Translations under genes and position numbers: made by a program
Assembly (NCBI GenBank): GCA_964463855.1
Contig: CAYXEC010000003.1
Coordinates: forward strand, 6,452-70,451
Origin: an uncultured Verrucomicrobiales bacterium
GTDB taxonomy: Bacteria; Verrucomicrobiota; Verrucomicrobiia; Verrucomicrobiales; Akkermansiaceae
Length of the DNA: 64,000 nt
Direction of reading: 5' to 3'
Notes under the pieces: generated by a model
Database searches by the model: none
The model's input: the letters and a program-made list of their open reading frames with translations, nothing else
What the model was told of the DNA's origin: nothing
Part shown: positions 55,149-63,739 of the stretch, in pieces
Position numbering within the stretch: the first letter of the stretch is position 1
Layout of the letters: each line of letters opens with the position of its first letter

Positions 55149-55659
55149 AGGATTTTCCCCGGTTGGGAAAAAAGAGAGCCACGCCATAGACAATGGGATA
55201 GGCGAGAATACTCAGGACCACACCCATGGCAAGGAAGCCGACCACGAAGTCCGCCGGGCTGCCCTCTACTCTGACACCGAGAAAAGAAATTTCAGTGGCC
55301 TTGTCAAAGGGCAGGGGAATGCGGACATGTTCACGGATCCAATGGCCAAAATTGATTTGCAGTGCGATGAGGGGAGGGTGAGTGAATGGATTGGTGACCC
55401 AGCAGGCGGCCATGGCAACAGGTATGTTGACTCTCGCCCTCATGCAGGCAAGGGCAGCAAGGAGCATTTGAAAGGGCAGGGGAAGCATCGCGCAAAAGAG
55501 GCCAATGGAGAGAGCCCCTGCAACCGTGTGTCTGCATGGATGCCATAAATCACGTTGGAACAGGGGCTTGGTCAGGGCCGTGAGCCATGGTCGCTTACGG
55601 ATGTGAGGATGTCGCAGGTAGCGGTATGCCCTCCTGACCATTTTGATGTATCTGCGCTT
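55123..55659 (-). CDS. DUF2062-family membrane protein
   Basis: RHPHIRKRPWLTALTKPLFQRDLW...HTVAGALSIGLFCAMLPLPFQMLLA...NPFTHPP pattern. The start is set at Met 55659; the longest ORF extends to 55818. Confidence 0.6.
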   Translation of the reverse strand, partial: KRRYIKMVRRAYRYLRHPHIRKRPWLTALTKPLFQRDLWHPCRHTVAGALSIGLFCAMLPLPFQMLLAALACMRARVNIPVAMAACWVTNPFTHPPLIALQINFGHWIREHVRIPLPFDKATEISFLGVRVEGSPADFVVGFLAMGVVLSILAYPIVYGVALFFPNRGKSSRTVTEME

Positions 55660-55875
55660 CATGATAAGGACATAATGCAAGGGAGAAAATGAGCATGCGA
55701 TCCCCTTGGAGAAGAATCTCGCTCTTGGATGGAGTGAATAACGATCACCCACCAACCTCTGCACAGTATGTATACAAGAGGGCCCATCATTGTCATATAA
55801 AAAACCCGCCGCTGTCACACAGGGCGGGCTTGTTTGAAAAAAGATGGTAGGGGCAATAACAATCCAATCGGGGGA

Positions 55876-56304
55876 TTACCACTTCTGGGTGCGGCTATGA
55901 TAGTATTTTTCAAATCCCAGGGTCGGCGGAAATTCTGAAAGGCCATCGTGCGGATTCATCTCAATGCGATGATCCTCACCGCAGCGCTCGTAGGGGGGCT
56001 TGAAAGTTCCCTTGTAGGTGGGACAGTGGAAAGTGAAGAGCTCATAGAAGCCGTATCCAATACGCTTAAATCCGCGGCGGTATCCGTCCATCAGACCGTA
56101 GGTCCATCCGGCTTTGGGGCCATACTGATCTGTTTTGCGGACGATTTGCTCAGGCACTTCCATCAGGCCATGAAAAATATTGCTGACTGCCCGGCCAAGC
56201 TTGCGAGTCGATGTGTAGGTGGATCCAGGAGGTGCCTGAATGTCTGCCATCACGCCAGCAGCAGTGACGAGGAGGGCTGTAAGGGTGCAAATGAAACGTT
56301 TCAT
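55876..56304 (-). CDS. small secreted protein resembling the exosortase-associated TIGR04073 family
   Basis: Signal peptide MKRFICTLTALLVTAAGVMA, then KLGRAVSNIFHGLMEVPEQI and a second GYRRGFKRIGYGFYELFTF repeat. The family assignment is from memory. Confidence 0.5.
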   Translation of the reverse strand: MKRFICTLTALLVTAAGVMADIQAPPGSTYTSTRKLGRAVSNIFHGLMEVPEQIVRKTDQYGPKAGWTYGLMDGYRRGFKRIGYGFYELFTFHCPTYKGTFKPPYERCGEDHRIEMNPHDGLSEFPPTLGFEKYYHSRTQKW

Positions 56305-56376
56305 GACCACATTAATATGCATGAAATTTTACAATCATGCAATGGCAAAATTGATTTTTTATAAAGCAAAAGTGTG

Positions 56377-58758
56377 TTATTCGGCGTCCTCCTTCGTGGC
56401 ATCAGCAGCCTTTTTCAAGGCTCTCTCGATTTCGCGGATGGCCCGTTCTGCAAAATCAATGATCTTGTCACTCTCTCCCTTGGTGTAGGGTTTGAGAAGC
56501 TCGATGGCCCAGCTGGCTTTTTGCGTGCCCAGCCCCCCGATAATGAACCCTTTTTCCCTTTCTGTCTCAGCAGTAGCTGCCAGATCACGCCACAATGCTT
56601 GCAATTCATCAGGGTCGTAATCCTTGTCGAGCCTGAGAAGAGTGTCGATGGTTTTGTAAGCTTCAATGCGCATGGATTGGTTTTTATCATCTTTGATGAA
56701 TGCCATCAATGTGGGGAGGGGTTCGTGGGTTTGCCACTGGGAGAATGCAGCCATGGCAGCGTTCTGAAGAGATGGATTTCCCGAGTTGAGGGCCTCGGTG
56801 ATTGCGTCTGTTGCCAAGTCTCCACCTGTGGGGCCTAGGAGGCGCAGCATGGCAAATTTGATATTGTCGTCCTCTGCCTTGGTATAAAAATCGTAGAGGT
56901 CTGTCTCGTACGTGGTTTTTTGGGAGGGTTCGGCATCAGCAAGGATCTTGGACAAGGTGGACTCCGCGGCACGCTGCACCTTTTGCGATGGTGCGCTTTT
57001 GACCATGTTGAGAAGATCCTTCACATGGGCGCCCACTTTTGCATCACCGGAACACGCTGCGATGGCATAAACAGCAGCGGCAGCGGAATCCTCCTCTGCG
57101 CTGGTCCTGGCGAATTCGACCAGAACGGGTAAATTATCCGGGTTGGGCCTGAATTTGACGACGTCCTGCAGAAGGCCGGCACGAATGCTCGAGGGACACC
57201 TGGCCTTGATGGTGTGGTTGAGGATGATGCCATCGATATTGTAGCCACCCTCGGCCCTGGCAAATCTGAGGGTTTTGAGGATCAGGGGTTTCTGCTTGTT
57301 CTCCTGCATGCTGGTGGCCTCGGTGAGAATCCGGCCGAGCTCCTCCTCGCTGAGCGCAATACCATTGAGCTCAAGATTGCTGATGTCATCTGTCTGCTCA
57401 TCATCCAGAGCCTTGGCCTCTTTCATCACCTCATTGTAGAGGTTGTCGAGTTTGCGCTTTTCCATGTAGGCATTGCCCAGAACAACAGTGAGGATGACGA
57501 CCGCGGCGAGCATGCTGATCAGTGCCCACTTGGCGCCATTGGAGATGGTTTTGCGGGCACTCTCCATGCCCAGTGCCGAGTCCCGTGGTGCGGTGTCTCC
57601 GCCTTTGGCTGCAGCTGCCGGCAGTGTGCGTGGCTGAGCCTTGATCTTGGCGGATGTCATGCCCTCCGTGTGAGGTGGGGTGGGTTTGAGTGTGGGGGCT
57701 GGGCTGGCTGTGGGCTCTGCAGGAGCATTGATTTTGACCGTCGGGGCCGGAGCTGCCACTTTCACCGTCGGGGCGGGGGCGGCCACTTTTACTGTAGGAG
57801 TTGGGGCGGCTATCTTCACCGTTGGGGTGGCTTGCACGGCCGGGGCCTGGCTTGTGCTTGCAACGGGAGTCGGATTGGTCACCAGTTTTGCGGTGGGAAC
57901 CGGGCCGGCGTTAAGCTTGGCAGTGGCAGGCTGGTTTTCCATCGCGACAAAGCGCTCCAGGGCCTCACGCGCATTCATCGGCCGCTGGTCCATTTTGCGC
58001 TCGATGTGCCACATGATCCAATCCGCCCCCCACTGGGGAATATCGGGGCGCAGCTCACCAATCGGCGTGACGTGGTGCTGCAGATGGCTGATCATGACCT
58101 CGGCGGCACTCTCGCCATCAAAGGGGTGTTTGCAGGTGAGAGCGAAGTAGAAGAGGCAGCCCAGCGCATACATGTCCGTGCGCTGGTCAAGTGGGGTACG
58201 CTCGAATTGTTCCGGCGCCATGAAGAAAATGGAACCGAAAACCGAATCGCCATGGTCAATGGTTTGCAAGGAGGGGGAGGCGGAGAATTTGGCCAGACCG
58301 AAGTCCACGATCTTGACCTGGAACTTGCCGGAGGGTAGCCAGCTGATCATCAGATTGCTGGGTTTGAGGTCGCGGTGGATGAGGTTCAAATTTTGCGCGG
58401 CAGCCAAAGCCTCCTCGGATTGCAGAATGATCTCACGCAAGTCCTCCCAGGTGAGTGGATTATTCTCGACCATTTCATCAAGGGTCTTGCCGTTGATGAG
58501 CTCCATGACCACATAGGGGCCGTCTTCATCCGTACCCACATCATAGATCGTCACGATGTGTGGATGCTCAATGGAGGAAAGGGCGCTGGCCTCCTTGAGC
58601 AGACTTTTGGTGGCCTCCTCCTGCTGCTCGTGACCCCCATGTGCCAGAACCCGCTTGATGGCAACCTCCCTGTTGAGCTGGGTGTCAAAGGCACGGTATA
58701 CGGATCCAACACCTCCCTGACCGATTTTTCCTCTGAACTCGTAACGCTCTTTGCTCAT
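56377..58758 (-). CDS. Ser/Thr protein kinase with Pro/Ala/Thr/Val repeat linker, one TM helix and C-terminal alpha-helical (HEAT/ARM-like) domain
   Basis: 793 aa. Hanks kinase motifs are GQGGVGSVY, VAIKRV, HRDLKPSN, DFGLAKF and FMAPEQ. The transmembrane helix is WALISMLAAVVILTVVLGNAY. Confidence 0.9.
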   Translation of the reverse strand: MSKERYEFRGKIGQGGVGSVYRAFDTQLNREVAIKRVLAHGGHEQQEEATKSLLKEASALSSIEHPHIVTIYDVGTDEDGPYVVMELINGKTLDEMVENNPLTWEDLREIILQSEEALAAAQNLNLIHRDLKPSNLMISWLPSGKFQVKIVDFGLAKFSASPSLQTIDHGDSVFGSIFFMAPEQFERTPLDQRTDMYALGCLFYFALTCKHPFDGESAAEVMISHLQHHVTPIGELRPDIPQWGADWIMWHIERKMDQRPMNAREALERFVAMENQPATAKLNAGPVPTAKLVTNPTPVASTSQAPAVQATPTVKIAAPTPTVKVAAPAPTVKVAAPAPTVKINAPAEPTASPAPTLKPTPPHTEGMTSAKIKAQPRTLPAAAAKGGDTAPRDSALGMESARKTISNGAKWALISMLAAVVILTVVLGNAYMEKRKLDNLYNEVMKEAKALDDEQTDDISNLELNGIALSEEELGRILTEATSMQENKQKPLILKTLRFARAEGGYNIDGIILNHTIKARCPSSIRAGLLQDVVKFRPNPDNLPVLVEFARTSAEEDSAAAAVYAIAACSGDAKVGAHVKDLLNMVKSAPSQKVQRAAESTLSKILADAEPSQKTTYETDLYDFYTKAEDDNIKFAMLRLLGPTGGDLATDAITEALNSGNPSLQNAAMAAFSQWQTHEPLPTLMAFIKDDKNQSMRIEAYKTIDTLLRLDKDYDPDELQALWRDLAATAETEREKGFIIGGLGTQKASWAIELLKPYTKGESDKIIDFAERAIREIERALKKAADATKEDAE
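57728..57838 (-). repeat. imperfect 27-nt tandem repeat (about 4 copies) inside the kinase gene
   Basis: Encodes PTVKIAAPT/PTVKVAAPA/PTVKVAAPA/PTVKINAPA. The DNA units resemble ACTTTCACCGTCGGGGCGGGGGCGGCC. Confidence 0.8.
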
Positions 58759-58926
58759 ACTTATTTAATCAATGACCAACACCCGAGATTTCTGCAAAAA
58801 GAGGCATGGTGCAATGACGAATTTCATAATTAGCATCAATAGGTGCCGGATACCGCGGTGATGCCATGTGTCATGAGGTGTAAGTTTCGGTTGCGCATCA
58901 AATGGGGCTGAGGGATAGTCCGCGCG

Positions 58927-60585
58927 ATGAGTGAGAAGAAAGACAAGGACTTTCCGGATCCGGATGAGCTGCAGAAAATGCTCAAGGACATGTTTGGCAA
59001 GATGGGTCTGGGTGCCACGGTCACAATGCCGGGCTTTTCCCAGAACAATGAAAGCGAGGAATCTCCCAAGAGCCCCGCTGAGCCTGCCGGGATGAGCCGC
59101 GCGGATGAGGTTTTTGACTTCAATTACAAGCCACGTGACATCAAAGCCCACTTGGATCGTTTTGTCATCAGGCAGGACGAGGCCAAGAAAGCCCTCTCCA
59201 TTGCCGTCTGTGATCACTACAACCACGCCAAATACATGCGCTCCTACGAGCTGGAGCATGACAAAACCCCTGAGGGCATTGAATACCAGAAACAGAACGT
59301 CATTGTCGTTGGCCCCACCGGAGTGGGAAAAACCTATCTGGTTAAACACATTGCCGAGTTGATCGGTGTTCCCTTTGTCAAAGCGGATGCGACCAAGTTT
59401 TCCGAGACCGGATACGTGGGCGGAGATGTGGACGATCTCGTCAGGGAGCTCGTTCAAAAGGCCGACGGAGACATGGACCTCGCCGAATACGGCATTATTT
59501 ACATCGATGAGATCGACAAGCTCGCCAGTAGCGGAGCCAACAGCATGGGCAGGGATGTGAGTGGACGTGGAGTGCAGACGACACTTCTCAAACTCATGGA
59601 GGAAACCCAGGTGGCAGCGCGAAACCCGCATGACATGAAGAGCCAGATGATGGCGATGATGGATTTGCAGAGCGGGCGGGACAGCGGCAGAGACACCATC
59701 AACACACGCCACATTCTCTTTATTGTCAGTGGCGCTTTTTCCGGTCTTGAAAAGGTGGTGAAAAAACGCCTGCGCTCAGGCCAGATCGGCTTTGGTGCGG
59801 ATGTTTCCGCGCATGCCCTGGAGGAGGATATCTGTGGGGCAGCCAATACCCAGGACTTCATTGATTACGGTTTTGAAGCCGAGTTCATTGGCCGATTGCC
59901 CGTCCGCGTGGTGTGTGAAAAGTTGGTGGCGAAGGATTTTGTCGACATCATGAAACACTCCGAGGGCAGCTTGTTGCGCCAGTATGAGCGCGAGTTTGCC
60001 GCCTATGGGATCCAGGCGAAGTTTGATGACTCTGCCATTGAGCGCATTGCCCAGCGTGCAGAGACCGAGAACACCGGTGCCCGGGCTTTGATGACAGTGT
60101 GTGAGAGCCTGTTGCGTGATTTTAAATTCGAGCTGCCGGGCACGGCTGTCAGTGAGCTGACCATTGATGCGGATCTCATCGACAAGCATGACGAGATACT
60201 GGCCAAGTACCGCGAACTCGGCAAACGGGTCAATGTCGCCAAAACCCGGGAGGAGGTAGAGCTCTACTGCCGTGAGTTTTTCGAGCAGCATGCCATCAAG
60301 TTGCTATTCACGGATGATGCGATCAAGGCATTGGGTAAGGAGGCAGCTGCCGAGGCCCGCAGTGCATTGCAGATTTGTCAGCAGCGCTTCAAGGACTACC
60401 AGTTTGGGCTCAATCTCATCCAGAAAAACACGGGTAGGAATGAGTTTGAATTGGGGGTTGAGGCAGTCGCTGATGCAGACACTTTCCTCAGCGAGTGTAT
60501 TGTGCAGTCCTATAAGGAGGCGGCGGATAAAACAGATGACAAGGCAGCAATTGGTGATGGCAAAACGGCGGCGGATGATATTTGA
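58927..60585 (+). CDS. ClpX-like AAA+ ATPase lacking the N-terminal zinc-binding domain, with C-terminal extension
   Basis: 552 aa. Walker A GPTGVGKT, pore loop TGYVGGDV, Walker B IIYIDEIDK, an IGF-containing loop (SGQIGFGAD) and sensor-2 NTGARAL. There is no Cys4 cluster at the N-terminus. Confidence 0.8.
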   Translation: MSEKKDKDFPDPDELQKMLKDMFGKMGLGATVTMPGFSQNNESEESPKSPAEPAGMSRADEVFDFNYKPRDIKAHLDRFVIRQDEAKKALSIAVCDHYNHAKYMRSYELEHDKTPEGIEYQKQNVIVVGPTGVGKTYLVKHIAELIGVPFVKADATKFSETGYVGGDVDDLVRELVQKADGDMDLAEYGIIYIDEIDKLASSGANSMGRDVSGRGVQTTLLKLMEETQVAARNPHDMKSQMMAMMDLQSGRDSGRDTINTRHILFIVSGAFSGLEKVVKKRLRSGQIGFGADVSAHALEEDICGAANTQDFIDYGFEAEFIGRLPVRVVCEKLVAKDFVDIMKHSEGSLLRQYEREFAAYGIQAKFDDSAIERIAQRAETENTGARALMTVCESLLRDFKFELPGTAVSELTIDADLIDKHDEILAKYRELGKRVNVAKTREEVELYCREFFEQHAIKLLFTDDAIKALGKEAAAEARSALQICQQRFKDYQFGLNLIQKNTGRNEFELGVEAVADADTFLSECIVQSYKEAADKTDDKAAIGDGKTAADDI

Positions 60586-60621
60586 TCTCTCTGAGCGGAA
60601 CTCAAATATATCCACGCAGCC

Positions 60622-61218
60622 ATGGCTACCCATCATCACTCAACCCAAGCTTACCCGCCGGGCAAAGTGGCAAGCTCGTGTCTGCTCTACGGAGGCATGG
60701 GCATGGTCCTTGCTGTGGCAATGCAATGGCTTGGCATATTCAAGCTGGGAGATATGTGGCTGCAGCAATTCCTCTCCCGGGTGCTGATTGATTCCCATCC
60801 CATTGCCGCGCCTGTTTCAGTGCTCTATGGCGTGGCTGCGTTCTTTGCCTTCGGCATTGCTTTCGCCGTGCTGGACTCGCCGGCAAACTGGCGCCGCATT
60901 GTTCTTGGCATGACCGGCCTTGTTTTGCTGCTGGCATTGGTCCCTGTCTGTGCCCTGTGGCAGCTTTATTTCTCCCCCTTTCCGGTGGTGATGGCGTTTT
61001 TCTGGGCGTGGTTCTGCTCGATGATGTATGTGAGTCAACACAGCATGCCCTGTGAAATTGCCACGATGGGGCAAGCCCCTCAATCCGGTCAGGCAGCATC
61101 CCCCCAAGCGGATGCGGGGAATTCCGCCGGGACCTCTTCAAGTGCCACTGCTGCCAGTGAAGATCAGGAAGACCCTGACGCCAAATACCAACCCAAGGAG
61201 CAAGAGGCGAATGGCTAG
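60622..61218 (+). CDS. hypothetical membrane protein (about 4 TM) with low-complexity acidic tail
   Basis: 198-aa ORF with four hydrophobic segments. Its stop overlaps the recR ATG (ATGGCTAG). Confidence 0.5.
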   Translation: MATHHHSTQAYPPGKVASSCLLYGGMGMVLAVAMQWLGIFKLGDMWLQQFLSRVLIDSHPIAAPVSVLYGVAAFFAFGIAFAVLDSPANWRRIVLGMTGLVLLLALVPVCALWQLYFSPFPVVMAFFWAWFCSMMYVSQHSMPCEIATMGQAPQSGQAASPQADAGNSAGTSSSATAASEDQEDPDAKYQPKEQEANG

Positions 61219-61822
61219 AGCAGATTACCCGCAACCCGTTGTTGAGCTCATTGCCGAGTTGAAAAAACTACCCGGAATCGGGCCGCGCAGTGCCGAGCGC
61301 GTTGCGGTCTGGTTATTGCAGCACCCCAAGTCCAACGCCACAGAGCTTGCTGAATCCGTCCTCCGAGCCAAGCAGTCCGTGGGCTCCTGTGAAACCTGTG
61401 GATTTTTTTCCAGTGATGCAGGCTGCCCGGTCTGTGCGGATGATCAACGTGACGCGCGTGAGCTTTGCGTGGTTGAGCAAGCCACCGACGTCCTTCCCTT
61501 GGAACGCTCCGGGGTCTTTAAGGGTTATTACCACTGCCTGGGTGGCAAGCTGTCGCCCTTGGACAATGTCACTCCCGAAAATCTGCGCATCACTCAGCTC
61601 ATCCGCCGCATTGAAGGAAATCCCGGTATGGAGGTGATTCTGGCACTGGGAGCGGATGTCGAGGGCGAGGCCACCGCCAATTACCTCGCCGAGGTGCTGC
61701 TAAAGCGTGATTGCCAGGTGACCCGCATTGCCCAGGGCCTTCCCGCGGGCGGCGGGCTCGATCACGCCGACGAGCTCACCTTGATGCGTGCTTTGCAGGG
61801 GCGCAGGAAAATGGGTGAGTAG
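61211..61822 (+). CDS. recR: recombination protein RecR
   Basis: LIAELKKLPGIGPRSAERVA (HhH), Cys4 finger CETCGFF...CPVC and a Toprim domain (LCVVEQATD...GEATANY). The start is set at Met 61211 within the longer track ORF. Confidence 0.92.
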   Translation: MARADYPQPVVELIAELKKLPGIGPRSAERVAVWLLQHPKSNATELAESVLRAKQSVGSCETCGFFSSDAGCPVCADDQRDARELCVVEQATDVLPLERSGVFKGYYHCLGGKLSPLDNVTPENLRITQLIRRIEGNPGMEVILALGADVEGEATANYLAEVLLKRDCQVTRIAQGLPAGGGLDHADELTLMRALQGRRKMGE

Positions 61823-61834
61823 ACCCGGCAGACC

Positions 61835-62791
61835 CTAATCCTTGGCGGCCTTGGGATCGAGCGCATCGCGCAGGCCGTCACCGAGGAAGTTCAGTGCCAG
61901 CAGGGTGAGTGAGAAGGTGACCGAGGGAATGATCAGCAGCCGGGGGTAGGTCTCCATGTAGTTGGCGCCCTCGCTCAGGAGAATGCCCCAGGAGCTGTTG
62001 GGGGACTCCACCCCGAGGCCGAGGAAGGAGAGAGTCGCCTCGGTGAGGACGAAGCCGGGCACGGTCAGGGTCGCGTAAACAATCACGGGCCCAAGCATGT
62101 TGGGCATGATGTGGCGAATGAGGATCTTGCGGTGGGGCAGGCCCAGCGACACGGCAGCCTCGACAAACTCCTGTTTTTTAAGCGAGAGCACCTGGGCGCG
62201 TGCCACACGTGCCATGGTCAGCCAGCCGAGTGCTCCGATGGCGATGAACAGGGGAACGAGATTGATGAATTTCTTGATGAAGACCTCATGCTCCGGCCAG
62301 CGCTCCACCAGGGTGTCGGTGAGTTCCTTGGCATGTTCGGAAATGAGCAGGGAAAAGAGGATCACCAGCACGAGGAAGGGCAGACCGTAGAGGATGTCGA
62401 CAATGCGCATCATGATACTGTCCGTCTTGCCGCCGGCGTAGCCGGACACGGCGCCATAGACCAGGCCGATGATGACCGAGACCGTGGTGGCAACGATGCC
62501 CACCAGCAGGGAAATCTGGCCGCCGTAGAGCAACCTCGCCAGCAGATCCCTGCCGGACTGATCCGTGCCGAGCAGGTGGTCCCCACCGGGAGGTAGGAAG
62601 GTGTTATCCAGATTCTGGGAATTGGGATCCGGGATGAACGGGAATACCGGGATAATAAAACAGAGAATGCCAATGACAAACAGGATGACCATACTGGCCA
62701 TGGCCATCTTGTTTTTGCGCAGGCGCAGCCAGGCATCGGACCACAGGGAGTGGCCTTTGTCGATGGGCTTGCTTGGGTTATGGTCAGGCAT
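61835..62791 (-). CDS. ABC transporter permease, OppC/DppC type
   Basis: 318 aa, six transmembrane helices, EAA-like loop (EFVEAAVSLGLPHRKILIRHIMPN). Confidence 0.88.
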   Translation of the reverse strand: MPDHNPSKPIDKGHSLWSDAWLRLRKNKMAMASMVILFVIGILCFIIPVFPFIPDPNSQNLDNTFLPPGGDHLLGTDQSGRDLLARLLYGGQISLLVGIVATTVSVIIGLVYGAVSGYAGGKTDSIMMRIVDILYGLPFLVLVILFSLLISEHAKELTDTLVERWPEHEVFIKKFINLVPLFIAIGALGWLTMARVARAQVLSLKKQEFVEAAVSLGLPHRKILIRHIMPNMLGPVIVYATLTVPGFVLTEATLSFLGLGVESPNSSWGILLSEGANYMETYPRLLIIPSVTFSLTLLALNFLGDGLRDALDPKAAKD

Positions 62792-62812
62792 GGGTGGAGA
62801 GGAAGGCTTTGG

Positions 62813-63724
62813 TCAGGCCCTGATGCGCGGGTTGAGCATGACGAGAACGATGTCGGCGGCGAGGTTGGCGAACACAATGAGCGAACCGAAGAGAATGACC
62901 ACCCCTTGAAGTAGGAAATAATCACGGTCCTTGGTCGCATTGACAAAGTGCTGCCCCATGCCCGGAACCTGAAAAATGGTCTCAATGATGAAGGAGCCGG
63001 TGATAAGCATGGCGAAGGCGGGACCCACGTAGGCGACAGCGGGAATGATGCCGCCACGGATCGCGTGCTTGGTGACCACCATGGCGGGGTGCACGCCCTT
63101 GGCATGTGCTGTGCGGATATAGTCCTGATTGAGGACCTCCAGCATGCCTCCACGGGTGATACGTGCCAGGTAGGCGGCAGTGCCCAGGCCCAGGGTAAAG
63201 GCCGGCAGCACCCAGTCCAGGGGATCACCCCAGCCGGCGACCTTGAGCAAGGGGATGCGGGTCGCTACTTGCCCGGCCAGCAGGGGAGCCACCACAAAGG
63301 AGGGAATGCTGATCCCGGCCATGGCAATGACCATCGTGCTGTAGTCGATCCAGGAGTTTTTCCTCAGGGCAGAGAGAATGCCGGCGGGAATGCCGATCAT
63401 GATGGCGATAATCATGCCCGCAATACCCAGAACCAGGGATGCCGGGAAGGAGTGACGGATGATCTTGGATACCGGCTGCTCCTTGACTGGCGAGTCACCC
63501 AGGTCACCCTTGGCGAGCAGGCCCAGGTAAACGACGAACTGCTCGGCATTGGATTTGTCGAGATGGAAGCGCTCCTTGTTTTTCTGAATGACGTGCTCGG
63601 CGTGCGCCTTCTCACCCGAGAACGGGTCGCCCGGCATCAACCTCACCAGCATGAAGGTTATGAGCAGCAGGCAGAAAACCACGACGATTCCCTGGAGTAG
63701 ACGGCTGAGGATAGTGCGAAGCAT
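62813..63724 (-). CDS. ABC transporter permease, OppB/DppB type
   Basis: 303 aa with N-terminal ILSRLLQGIVVVF... and the motif DYIRTAHAKGVHPAMVVTKHAIR. Confidence 0.88.
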   Translation of the reverse strand: MLRTILSRLLQGIVVVFCLLLITFMLVRLMPGDPFSGEKAHAEHVIQKNKERFHLDKSNAEQFVVYLGLLAKGDLGDSPVKEQPVSKIIRHSFPASLVLGIAGMIIAIMIGIPAGILSALRKNSWIDYSTMVIAMAGISIPSFVVAPLLAGQVATRIPLLKVAGWGDPLDWVLPAFTLGLGTAAYLARITRGGMLEVLNQDYIRTAHAKGVHPAMVVTKHAIRGGIIPAVAYVGPAFAMLITGSFIIETIFQVPGMGQHFVNATKDRDYFLLQGVVILFGSLIVFANLAADIVLVMLNPRIRA

Positions 63725-63739
63725 AGCGGTCTTAAATGA

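Noticed and set aside
57214-58338. 374-aa plus-strand ORF (and 57680-58150)
   Set aside because: It is antisense to the Ser/Thr kinase gene. Its Gly/Arg-rich repeats simply mirror the Pro/Ala/Thr/Val repeat on the other strand.
58765-59712. 315-aa minus-strand ORF
   Set aside because: It is antisense to the ClpX-like gene, which has clear Walker A/B and pore-loop motifs. The antisense product has none.
62410-63700. 272-aa minus-strand ORF (62410-63228) and 250-aa plus-strand ORF (62948-63700)
   Set aside because: These are out-of-frame or antisense overlaps of the two ABC permease genes. They are Pro/Ser/Arg-rich or Gly/Asp/His-rich, which is not protein-like.
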